Below the pieces are notes generated by a model, which saw nothing but the letters and a program-made list of their open reading frames with translations, had not been told where the DNA came from and made no database searches. From Octopus vulgaris (taxonomy: Eukaryota), in assembly GCA_951406725.2 (NCBI GenBank), contig OX597820.1, positions 42,594,001 through 42,658,000 on the forward strand: a stretch of DNA of 64,000 nucleotides, given 5' to 3'. Below, piece after piece: positions 1-11,635 of this stretch. Position numbers and translations under genes: made by a program. Positions within the stretch are counted from its first letter, which is position 1; every line of letters begins with the position of its first letter.

Positions 1-726
1 CAAAGAATGTCTACATTTTATTTTGCAAGAGTTGAAATGTGACATATATTTCAACGGTTATCTTGTTGAGCAAAGTTACTTTAGGTTTTCAAATAATTTA
101 TTATTTTATATATCTGTTTCCACGTTATACCTATAAAACCTGACAAATTTGAACTCCGTCCTTAAAACTGAGGTGTTGATGGACAATCAATTGAATAATC
201 GGTACCATAAAACACAAACTTATGATTCAGGAAGCGTCAGCTGCCAATAAAATATTGTGTGATTATACATACATTACTAAATACATACATAACAGACAGG
301 TTACGATGACAGTTTTCTAAATTTCACTTCAAAGCTTGCCTACTTTTCAGTGTAATATTTTAGCTTAAGTAGAAACATTTGTTTTGATTGTTTATGTAAG
401 GAGAGACTTATTTATCTATCATTCGCCATCGAGAATTTAATGAAACACAACAGCTCTAATATAATCTTTCCTAGTATTTTCCTTGTTTCTTTTCCAGTTT
501 TCATTTCCCTTTTTTTTTCTTCTCTATCTTATATTTACTTTTTTCATTCTGTAATGTTTCAGCTTTCTCTGTTATTTATTTTATTATTATTATTTTTTTT
601 TGTGTGTGTGTGTAGTATTATTGTTTTTGCTATCTTTATTTCAGTTGGCATCCCAAACATCTCACGATCGAAATATATCCAATTTGTAACTCTTTGATAG
701 CATCTCTTACACTAGCACTCTTTGTT

Positions 727-748
727 GTCATCGTTGTCGTCGTCGTCG

Positions 749-812
<64 letters not shown>

Positions 813-860
813 CATCATCATCGCCATCATCATCATCATCATTATTATTATTGTTATTAT
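727..860. repeat. (GTC)n/(ATC)n/(ATT)n compound trinucleotide microsatellite
   Basis: Directly visible triplet runs; they explain the poly-M/poly-I ORFs. Confidence 0.95.
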
Positions 861-1902
861 TTCAATGCTGCGTTGCTTTTTAGTGGGATTTTAACTTACT
901 TTGTACTCCTATCCTTCTTGTAAGCTTTAATCGGTGTGAATCTATGAGCTGTCGACATTTTCTGTGAAAACATGGTGTCACTATGATTCTCAAGCATATA
1001 TATTTTGTATCTTTGTCAACTACATATATTACTTGTTTGAAGGTTAAGAAGTATATTGTTGTGCAGTTAACGGAGCTGGAACGAGTGGGTTTGTGCGTGT
1101 GAAAACAATGCACAGTGTGAGAGTATGTGTTCGTGCTGGCATAGATAGAGTGGAGGAGGGTGAGAGATTAAGAGAGAGTGTGTGAGAGAGTGTATGTGTG
1201 TGTGTGAGGGAGAGAGAGAGAAAGAGGCTCTATCTACTGAGTGATAAAAAGAAGCAAAGTGTGTGTTTGTGTATGAGTGTATTTGTGTATGTTAGCTGAA
1301 AACAAGAACAGATATTTTATCTCCTTTTGTCTCTTAATTAAATATATATTTAATCTTATTGAAAACAAAATTAGATGAGTTGGAAATGGAATTTAAAGAG
1401 AAGGATAATTATAAAACGAATGGGGTGTAAGAGAAGAGAAAGGAAAAAAAATCAAAATAAATGAGGAAAAAATTTTGAAAAAAAAATTAGAACGAAAAAT
1501 TCGACGTAAAATGAATTATTGTTTAAAATAAAGAAGAAAATGTATTGTCGATATGTCTGTGTGACAGATATTGTTTTGGTAATACATTACTGAAATTTTG
1601 TTACTTAATTCATAATTCTTTGAAGTATGGCTGCAAAATTGGCGTCACATATGTCTGAAAATAGTAAATTCGAAAGTAATGATATCCTATCGTTAAAATA
1701 AAGTACTGAGAATAAGAGAAAAAGCGGAAGAATAGTTTTTTCCACCATATATTTGAAAATGTCCTGTTGAAGCATTTGGTTAAACAGACATATGTAGCAT
1801 TAAATAGATGTTTACAAAAACAACAACAATAATAATAATAACTTGTGTCTTAAAGTCTCTGAGTGAGACTTAGAGTCAATTTGTACAAATACAAAGTAAA
1901 AG

Positions 1903-1919
1903 TAATAATAATAATAATA

Positions 1920-1980
<61 letters not shown>
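1903..1980. repeat. (TAA)n microsatellite immediately 5' of an RLE LINE
   Basis: Directly visible. Confidence 0.95.
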
Positions 1981-2528
1981 GTGCTGAATCTGTGGACAAA
2001 ACGGTGAAACCGTATGGCATATTACCAGCCAATGTACTAGTCCAGAAGGAATATAAGAGACGCCACGACTTGACAGAGGAAAAATTGTTACGATCACAAA
2101 CCCGAAGGCATCGTCAAAAATAGAAATGCAAAGATCCTATGGGATTTTATGATTCAGTGCGACCATGAGATAGAGAATACGAGGCCGGACATAGTCCTAA
2201 TTGAGATAAAAAACAAACTACGCTGGATCATAGATATAGCATGCCCAGTTGACAACAACGTATGCGCTAAGGAAGAAAGAAAAGTCGAGAGATATGACAA
2301 GTTAGCTTGGGAATTTAAGCGGTTGCGGTCGATGAAAAAGTTAGCAGTAGTACCAATAATTGTCGGAACCCTGGGAACAGTGAGCAAAAATCTCGAGAAG
2401 TAGGTGGAACAAATAGGGGCTGTAATACGGATGGAGAACTTACAGAAAACAGCACTGCTTGGAACCGCTCGAATATTCCGGAAGGTGCTCATAAAATAAG
2501 AGGTGTTACCTTAGTTCACTGATAGTAG
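1981..2528 (+). mobile_element. 5'-truncated RLE-type non-LTR retrotransposon (R4/Dong-like): zinc knuckle plus restriction-like endonuclease, pseudogenised
   Basis: Conceptual translation gives C*ICGQNGETVWHITSQC (CCHC knuckle), EYKRRHD, ILWDF, RPDIV, IDIACP, KEERKVERY, VPIIVGTLG and LQKTALLGTARIFRKVL; flanked by (TAA)n on both sides. Confidence 0.88.
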
Positions 2529-2567
2529 ATAATAATAATAATGATGATGATGATGATGATAATAATG

Positions 2568-2634
<67 letters not shown>

Positions 2635-2673
2635 TGATGATGATGATAATAATAATAATAGTAATAATAATAA
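2529..2673. repeat. (TAA)n/(TGA)n microsatellite between two RLE LINE copies
   Basis: Directly visible. Confidence 0.95.
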
Positions 2674-3021
2674 GTGCAGATTCTAGGAGACTGAGTGAAC
2701 AGCTTTAAGATTACCTGAATGCAGGAATGCAGGAATGCCAATCTGGATGACTCATGGGATAACATGTTATGAAAGGCAAAAGCAAAGGTAATATAGCTAG
2801 TAATTATAGACCAATCACTTGCTTATCATCAATGTGAAAGCCGTTAACAATTCTCTCAGAAAGCATTTAGAAGCATCTTGACAGATACTTTTCTTCCAGA
2901 AGAAGGGTAAGGTTTCAGAAAGAATGCTAGAAGACCACATGCTTTATTATACATAGACAACGCAGTCCGAAATGAAGTGAAATCTAGACAAAAGAAAGTT
3001 GACAATCGCATCGATAGATTA

Positions 3022-5404
3022 CTCTGGACAACAAAGACTTTGCTACTAGAGCAAAATCATGTGTTTTAGACTAAATCAGGGATGATAATTCCGAATCTGT
3101 ACTCAGAATAGTTCTAGCACGTCAGGATTTTGAGTTATGCGCATGTGCAAGATTATAACTATACTTTCGGCTAGATATAGGCTGTATTATAAAGTTTGCT
3201 AAAATGAAAGTGGTCTTAATTCAAAATTAAAGAAATTACTGCATGAAAGCAACCGATGAGAAATTTCATCATTTAGTTTGGCAATAGATGGCGCTGACGT
3301 ATTGTATGCAAGCGCCAAATATGTCAGTTTGATCTGGGTAACTCTCAGTGTCGTCTGCGCTGCATCACGCTCTGCGTGATTACTGATTCAGCTGTGTTCA
3401 TTGTGTTCGATCATGAATAGGAGAGGTTGTGTAAATCACCCAGATAATTTTTGTTACGTCTATGGAAAAGTTGCTCCTCGTGGACAGCGGAAGAACATTG
3501 CCACCGAATTAAAAACTGCCTATGAATATTATTTCGGGTGTTAAATTGGGGACCAAGACAAGAGGTGAACGCCTCATATAAGCTGCACCGTGTGTTACTC
3601 AGGGATTATACAGTGGCTGGATGGAAAACGGAAGGGACCGCTCTTTGCTGTACCAATGGTATGGCGTGAGCCAACCAATCATATCTCTGTTTGTTACTTT
3701 TGCATGACTAATATTAGTGGTTTAACAAAGAAGACCTAACCAAAAATTATGTGCAGATTTTAAGTTGGTTCTAAAGCCAGTCCAACATGACTTCGAGAAC
3801 CTTGTCCCAGTTTCTTTCTCAGTTGATTCACTTGAAGACATTGACACGTCATACGATGAACCCCTGATTTTCCTATCGACGAAGAGTACATAGCCGATTC
3901 TAAGAAAAATGAACCACGCTTGTTTAATCAAGAAGATTTGAACGATTTAGTTAGAGACCTGGTTTTGTCAAAGGAGAAGGCAGAAGTTTGGGGATCCAGA
4001 CTACAGCAACAGAGTCTCCTACGGCAAGGTACGAAAATGTCCATTCTCCGTTCTCGTCATGAAGGCTTGTCTGTCTTTCTCAAGCAAGAAAATAATGCTT
4101 GTTTCTGTACAAATGTTAATGCACTCAAGCAAAAACTAGGACACGAGCATGTAGCAGCTAACGAATGGAGATTGTTTATTCACTGGAGTAGGGTTAACCT
4201 AAAAGCTGTTTTGTTACATAATGAAAATCCTTCCATTCATGTGGGTGATGTCGGTATGGAAGAAACTTATGATTCAATGGAAGTCATTCTGTAAGGAGTT
4301 AATTACTCAGTTTATAAGTGGAATATTTGTGGTGATTTAAAGGTGGTTTCCCTCCTCCTAGGACTACAGCTGGGATATACCAAAAACATGTGCTTCTTGT
4401 GTGTTTGGAACAACCGCGATGACATCAATCATTATACTGTAAAAAAACTGGCCTAAAAGAGATGAGCGCATGGTTGCTCGGTACAATGTGCAGCATATGC
4501 CACTGGTAGACCCGCAAAAGATCTTCCTTCCACCCCTTCACATCAAACTCGGACCCATGAAAAACTTCGTGAAAGCAATACATACGATGGTTGTGGCTTC
4601 CAGTAACAAAAAGTAAAATTTGGTGCAGAGAAAAGTGACATAAAACTGAAAGCAAGCATGCATTTTCATTGGACCCGAGATCAGAGAATTGATGTCTGAA
4701 AGCAAATTCAGAGGTAAACTGAATCCAGTTGAGTTGACAGCATGGTATTCATTCGTGTTAGTTGTACAGAACTTTCTTGGAAATCATAGAGTAGAAAACT
4801 ATGCTAATTTAAAAAAACAACATGCTAACAGCGTTTGAAAGAATGGGATTCTGAATGTCCCTTAAAATGCACTTTTTGCATTCTCATCTCGATTTTTTTT
4901 CCGATGAATGTTGGTGCCGTTAGTGATGAGCATGATGAGACGTTCCACCAGGACATATCTGACATGGAAACGAGGTACAAAGGCCGGTTCAATCCATACA
5001 TGATGGGTGACTATTGCTGGTTGCTACAACAGGAGACCAGGGCAACGCATAAGCGCAAGGTAAAGTGTCTCAAACATTTCTGAGCTGAGCATATAAAAAA
5101 TAAAGTGAGTATTCCTTAAGATAAATATACTACGTACCATTATAATATAATACTATTTGCCTGGAACATAAATAAACTATATACAATACAAATATAATAA
5201 TTATAATAATTCTTTACCTTGTACCTAAGTATTCCTGATACTAATTTCGTATTAATATATAATTATGCGCATAACTCGAAATCCTGACGTGTTACAGCAA
5301 TTCTGAGTTTAGATTCGGAATCAGCATACTCGATTTAGTTTAATACAGCACCATTCTCTGGGTAGCAGAATATTTTTCTTATCTTATTTTTTTTTTGCCC
5401 AGTG
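3022..5404 (+). mobile_element. Chapaev3-like (CMC superfamily) DNA transposon with ~120-140 bp imperfect TIRs
   Basis: TIRs at 3022-3144 and 5265-5404 share, for example, attccgaatct..actcagaat and cacgtcaggattt.gagttatgcgcat. Termini are CTCTGG...CCCAGTG (CACTG-type). The left flank TTA fits a TWA TSD; the right flank CTG is diverged. Confidence 0.8.
3413..5083 (+). pseudogene. Disrupted Chapaev3-type transposase
   Basis: N-terminal Cys/His domain: CVNHPDNFCYVYG..GDQDK..PHISCTVC..VPMVWREPTNH..CYFC. Then FNQEDLNDLVRDL, EWRLFI, LKAVLLHN, ICGDLKV, GYTKNMCFLC, LPPLHIKLG and GAVSDEH.E.FHQDI..MMGDYCWLL. Several stops and frameshifts. Confidence 0.85.
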
Positions 5405-8224
5405 CTGAGATAACCTAAGATATGATTCCACACTCACGGGGAAATGAACGCTAAAGTATATTCAGTAGTACAGACAATATAAGAGATTTAATTAAATATG
5501 CCATGAAGAAATGCAAAGTGGAACTTAACTCTGGTGTCAGTTAATATCAAGAAATTTTTCAGGGAGATTCGTCATCCCCTGACATTTGTGTTATGTTTAA
5601 TCTTTCTCAGTTTAGTATTAAGAAAGGCAAAAGCAGGTTATTAGTAAATGAAAAATTAGCCATTCGCTCAATATGGATTATTAGGAGTTTTTTAATACAA
5701 ACTGACAGTCACTTCAGCAAACATACAGAAAATGGGCTTGATATAGATACGTGTGCAATATTAGTTGTAAAAAAGGAACAGGTAGTCAGCAGTGGAGGCA
5801 TTCAGACACCGGATGCCCAGACATTAAAATCATTGACAGAAGGAGAAAGTTATAAATATCTAGGGGTGTTAGAATCTGACAGATAAGTAAGGAAACGAAA
5901 GAGAAAGTGGAGCAGGAGTAATTTAGAAGGGTGAGGAATTTAATGAAGTCAAAGCTAAATCGTACGAAAATAGTGAAGGCTATAAATACTTGGGCAGTAT
6001 AGTTACTTATGTGTTCAGCAGCTTTTGTAGATTGGAAAAATCTGCAATAGAACTAGGAAGGAGTTCAATATGAACGGGGGACATCATTCTAGGGGAGGAG
6101 TAGCAACATTGTATTTGCCTAGAAAGGAAGGTATAAGAGGTATAATATCAACAGAAGACTGTATGCAGTTAGCTAGAGTAGATATAGCTTCCTATGTAGG
6201 CAATAATGAAGAAATTTTATTGAGAGCTGCTTGTGTAACAGTAGGAGATAGGGAAATCAAAAAGCCAAATACAAATGTAGTTAAAATCTAGAAAAAAATA
6301 AAAGAAGCTAGTTTATCTGACTGGCAAGAGAAGAATTTGCATGGTAGATGTCCAAAGATAGTTGCAGAAAACAGTAATAGTGAGACATGGTTACATTCGC
6401 AGAAAGGAAGGCTGAAAGGAGAGACGGAAAGTTTTTAGTATCGGAACAAGATCAGGCATCGAGGAATGACTGATTGAAGCGAAGATAGATAAAAACCAGG
6501 GAGATTCCCTGTTTAGGTTATGTAAATGAAAGGAAGAACGTGTTAATCATATAGTTAGTGACTATAGTATGCAGGCACAGAAACAATACAAGAAAAGACA
6601 TTGAAATCTATGGAGAGTAACCCACTGGGAGCTACGTAGAAGACTAGGATTTAACCCTCACAATGATATGAAAATGATGCTAGTAAAGTGCTAGAAAGTA
6701 AGAAGTATAAGATGTGGGATTTTAACATTCTGACGGACAGATTTAGTGGTGGTAGAAAAGAGAATAGACAGTGTCAAGTAATTGACTTTACCGTCCCTAA
6801 AAAATGAGGATGTCAATATGTGAGGTATAGAGAAAATAACAAATACTAGGACCCAGCCATTGCGTTTCACAGTCTAAGGAAAATACTTGTAGTTATAGGA
6901 GCATTAGGAAATATTTCTAAAAAATTGAACAACTGGATAGAGAAAGTAGATATAATACTTAGTTTCGTGCAGCTCCAAATAGCAGTATCGTTAGGGACAG
7001 CTAGGATACATAGGTAGATTCTAATAATGAAATTCGATGGCTACAGAGTCTTCATAATTCGCGAAAGCAGCGTAAGGAAAAAAGTGAAGTTTTTAAAGAA
7101 AGATTAATACAATTTATCTCTATCGGAATGACCTAAATTGATGAGTATATTACCAAAATAAGTCTCCTCTTTATATAATATATTAGAGTTACCATAGACT
7201 AAAACTAGTGAAACTTACCTCTCTATGTCTATAAAACTCGACGAATTTGAATTTTGTTCTTAAAACAGAGGTGTTGACGTTAAGTGATTATGTTTGAGTC
7301 AGAAACATTTTCCAAAATATCTCATAATATACAACTTCCAAACTGGTTAAATATATTCGAGCAATCTTTTTCTTTCAATTTACTAGATAAATTTTTTTTT
7401 TGTGCTGGTATCTATTCCCTCTCAGTAGTGCAAGCAATGCATCCAAAATATGATCGCTGATTTCTATACTTCAACACTGAACCGCTCTCAACTATGTTCT
7501 TACCTACTTTATTGCCAGATAAATAACCGACATTAATGAATAAGTAGATACATAAAGTCAACGAATCTTGGGTGAAAATTTGTGATTTTCTATCTTGTTA
7601 TATATCCCTCTAACTCACACTATCTAAGGGACTAAATATTTCCTGCATCATTCAATGGGCAGCTGAAATAGAAGCAAGACAGAGGTATAAAACCAGTGCT
7701 GTAGTTTTTATATGAATTTATGTCCTATGGTTGCCAATTTTATATTAGCAAAGGCCCTTTACAGTGTGTTAATTTGTAGTTCTAAATTCTTTCTAGCGAG
7801 GCACTGAATATCCACGTTAATCGTGAAGAAAGTCAGCTAACTTAAAACAGATATACTGTAAGTCATTTCAAGCTACAGAGTTATAAAACCAATTTTGGTT
7901 AACTCTACACTATGTGTAAATATGTTTTAAGCATATAATTATATCATAAACACAAATATTATTTCATAAATTGAACTCGTTTCTGCAGAGTTTAAATGGC
8001 TGAAAATAGCTTCGAAGTGCTGAAATCAAATATGTTAAAACTGCATTGCAATACCCAGTTACACAGAATGCCTAACGTTCGTAGTACCTTGACACTGAGA
8101 CAATATGAAGTGTTTTCACTCCAAAAGTTGACACTGTATAGATTCGTATACAAGAAATCTTTTGCACGATTCCTGCATCTAGATTAAATTTAGTAAAAAC
8201 AACTGCGCTGTCATTGCTTTTATG

Positions 8225-9552
8225 AAGAAAATATTTTGGTTTTTTTCTTTGTCCCATCGTTTTGTCATCTTCGTTCTACAGCGCGTCTTTATTTATCCTA
8301 CCACAATGAAAACATTCTGCCTTTTTAAATGGATATTCTTCTTCATGTGTATACCTCCACATGCAAAATATGTATTTATTCCCTGAATTGTGTTGTGTGT
8401 TTTTAGAAAGCACTTTATCTCTATTCTGACTATTTCGCACTGGTTTTACTTGGAAACAATCTTTACATTCAATTTTCTCTGTGTTGTGTCTTAATTTAAG
8501 TATCCTTTCATCTCTTCAGTCACATTTAGCAGGGTACATCCTTATTTTGCTCTAGCTGTGCAAAAATTCTAGTTCTGACTTTTCAGCAGTTCTCCTTTGC
8601 GGCAGTTTGTCCCTATGTAAAAATCAGGCATTTGAACATATCTGGAGTTAAATTATCACTCTTAAACTTCTCGCATTCCATGTTTACTCTACCAGCATAT
8701 GTGATAAAGACTTCGTCGTTGTTTTTCTTTACGTACAGACACTTCCAACGCGTGTTAAACAATGAGCTTTTTCCACTGAAAATTTTACACAATATATCTA
8801 TTGAGTCATTTATGTCTGAGAGTTTTTCTTGAGAGTACATAACTACTGTATCGTTCATGGTCGGTTGCCGCCAGTTTTCTCAAGATTAAGCTCTATTCCA
8901 TATCGTCATCCCAATTTTTAAATTCTCTCTCGAAGATTTGCTCATATCTTCTGTACTATGCTTCGAATGTAACTCCTTCGTCAGGTTCGTATTGGAATTC
9001 TGTTATGGGATTCGCAACATAGTCTGTCGAGAACACTTTTTCTGACTTTCCTGCCGACTTCAGTAATTGAGGCATTTGTTGCTATAGTATTATTTGTTGT
9101 TGTTGCTTCTGTTGTTGCTCTTGCAGTTGTATCTGCTGCTGTTGTTGTTCTTCCAGTTGTTGTTGCTGCTGTCTTTGCAGCCTGGCAACAAATTTTCCAT
9201 ACTTTTACGATATTTCGTAAAATTCGTACACCAACTTGGTGAGTTTATAAATTCCTCTTCCAGTTTCTGTTAACTCCACGTGAATTGGATTATTCCCGTT
9301 GAGTTTATTAATTCCTCGTGAGTTGTTTAAATCTTTGTCGCCACTGTTGCAATCCTCGTTGCCACTGTTGTAACTTGCATCGTTACTGCTATATCCTTTA
9401 CATGTCGGTATATTAATACGCCCACTTCGGCTATCGCAGTATCGCTATTAGGTCCGTACTCTCCGATAATGGCCGATGTCACCTTACTTATAGTGACCTT
9501 TCATTCCACTCGTCGCGTGGAAGGCGTGTACCGTTATTACTAATGCCTTACA
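8225..9552 (-). mobile_element. Ty3/Gypsy LTR retrotransposon remnant: 5' LTR (~9387-9552), PBS and decayed gag
   Basis: The minus strand starts TGTAAG and has PBS-like AACAGTGGCGAC at ~9337-9348. The gag-like translation has poly-Q, FQYEPDEGVTFEA*YRRYE, SSLFNTRWKC, YAGRVNMECEKF, DMFKCLIF and Cys/His knuckle remnants (ECFHCG). No pol is seen. Confidence 0.75.
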
Positions 9553-10017
9553 ATAGAATAAATAGTGGACTTAAATATTTTTTACTTCAGTCTACTATTA
9601 AAATTAAAAATTGTATAGTACTTTATAATAGACACCACAGGATTAGCTCCTCTTATTGATTCCAATCACTAGAAAAGTATATTTTGACATAATATAGAAT
9701 GATAATTGAATGCATTTCATGATCAATTAAATATCAGACTAAAAGCATAATATTGTTAGCTGATTTGGATGAGACAACTTAAATTATGTTGCTTAGAAAT
9801 GTAGCAAATTAAAAATGTTCCTTTATAGTCAGTGTCATAATCTTGTCCAGATAAGCAGCTCGTAATAGATCATATACATACATACATATATACATACATA
9901 AATAGAAATAGGTAGATACATATACAAGTATGCGTGTTTGAGTATGAGTGTACGTAAGTACTCATATATATATATATATATGTGCACACAGCACATACAT
10001 ATATACATATATATATT

Positions 10018-10042
<25 letters not shown>

Positions 10043-10051
<9 letters not shown>

Positions 10052-10892
10052 TAAGAGAGTGGTCACTATGTGGCTCACTCTAGCACTAGTAAATCCAAAA
10101 GGTTTCAACCACAAAAATACATGTTTCCCATGAAAGTCAGTACGATTGTTAGCTCACACGAACAGGGCAAATAAAAAATAACAAAAATACAGATTATTTT
10201 GGGACAATTGTTTCGCTATTAATGAATTAAATGTAATTTTACTCACAAAAAACTCACTTGTAGCTCCTCAGCCAAAACTATCTGGATGAAATCCACTCAA
10301 TCACACGCCAGATTTTACCATAACAATAAATACACGTGTGGTTCAATTGATTACATCCGACGTTATAATTCAAATGCCCCTACCAACAGCGCGCCAAACT
10401 TTCACGGAAACAAATACTACATTTAGAAATAAATGTAGCATAATTATAATTAATTAATAAGGGTGAGAGAATTAGATACTAATTTAATAGTATACCTATT
10501 CAATACCAAGTGGCCCAGTGCCCCGAGAAACCTGGATTATTATAATATTTTATAACATATTATAATATTTTATACAAAAATAAATATAAGAGAGTGGTCA
10601 CTATGTGGCTCACTCTAGCACTAGTAAATCCAAAAGGTTTCAACCACAAAAATACATGTTTCCCATGAAAGTCAGTACGATTGTTAGTTCACACGAACAG
10701 GGCAAATAAAAAATAACAAAAATACAGCTAGAGTGAGCCACATAGTGACCACTCTCTTATATTTATTTTTGTATAAAATATCATAATATGTTATAAAATA
10801 TTATAATAATCCAGGTTTCTCGGGGCACTGGGCCACTTGGTGTTGAATAGGTATACTATTAAATTAGTATCTAATTCTCTCACCCTTATTAA

Positions 10893-10901
<9 letters not shown>
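10043..10901 (-). mobile_element. Penelope pseudo-LTR-like / retrozyme-like non-coding element with direct and inverted repeats, embedded in (TA)n
   Basis: A 150-bp direct repeat at 10043-10192 and 10578-10727 (period 535); 10727-10901 is an inverted copy of 10445-10619; contains a hammerhead motif; (TA)n on both sides. Confidence 0.75.
10197..10277 (-). ncRNA. Type I hammerhead ribozyme (minimal stem III)
   Basis: Minus strand reads UUUUGG-CUGAGGA-GCUA-(loop)-UAGC-GAAA-C-AAUU-GUC-CCAAAA. The core is intact, with a 6-bp stem I, GCUA/UAGC stem II and GUC triplet. Predicted cleavage is between 10203 and 10202. Confidence 0.8.
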
Positions 10902-10985
<84 letters not shown>

Positions 10986-10988
10986 TAT
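10899..10988. repeat. (TA)n microsatellite
   Basis: Directly visible. Confidence 0.95.
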
Positions 10989-11128
10989 TTTTTTTTTTAA
11001 ATGAGGCTTTTACATGCCGAAGACTACTTGGTGTAATTGATAATTATTCCAAATTAATTAATTTCACCCTTCATTGTTACTCATATATATACATATATAT
11101 ATGACAAAATAATAATTAAAACATATGC

Positions 11129-11159
<31 letters not shown>

Positions 11160-11357
11160 CATACCTACATCTATATGTATATATACATACATATATGGGT
11201 ACAAGACACAAAAAAAAAAACCTCGAACACAATGAGAAACGAAAACATAAAACAAAACCAAGGAAATGGACATTTTTCTTAAACAACGAAAAAATAGAGT
11301 ACAAGACATATAACACAATTTCCCTTCTTCAGCCGCCTCTATTTCATCTACTCCCCG

Positions 11358-11400
<43 letters not shown>

Positions 11401-11402
<2 letters not shown>

Positions 11403-11635
11403 CGGGAAGCTTTATGAAAATAGACAAAAGACGAAGGAAGGTTTACGGAATTAAACAAAAGACGAAGGCAGGTGGAATACAAACAACCAATTGTATTAGT
11501 ATGGCGCTCAGGAAATATAAATAAAACAAGTCTTTAACGTTTCGAGCCTACGCTCTTCAACAGAAAGATACACAGAGAAGAAACACAGAAAGAAGGAGAG
11601 AAAAAAAATGCGTGCAGAGGCTAGCGAATCAACAT
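11401..11635 (-). mobile_element. Short Penelope-pLTR-like repeat after (TA)n, with a variant hammerhead at 11531-11568
   Basis: Minus strand reads UCUUU-CUGUUGA-A-GAGC-GUAG-GCUC-GAAA-CG-UU-AAAGA; the core has an A6-to-U change. Confidence 0.5.

Larger units (their letters stand above)
2674..7025 (+). mobile_element. Decayed R4/Dong-like RLE LINE (RT, zinc knuckle, RLE), interrupted by a DNA transposon at 3022-5404
   Basis: NYRPITCL and LTIASIDY lie before the insertion and DMIPHS after it. Further motifs with many stops and frameshifts: QGDSSSPLTF-like, ESYKYLGVLE, AINTWAV, LYLPRKEGIRG, LHGR, THWELRRRLG, IDFTVP, VIGALG, LQIAVSLGTARI. Confidence 0.85.

Noticed and set aside
7503-7663. Minus-strand segment bounded by a strong acceptor (tttcag) and donor (gtaag)
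   Set aside because: Stops occur early in all three frames; at most a non-coding or terminal exon, and unsupported.
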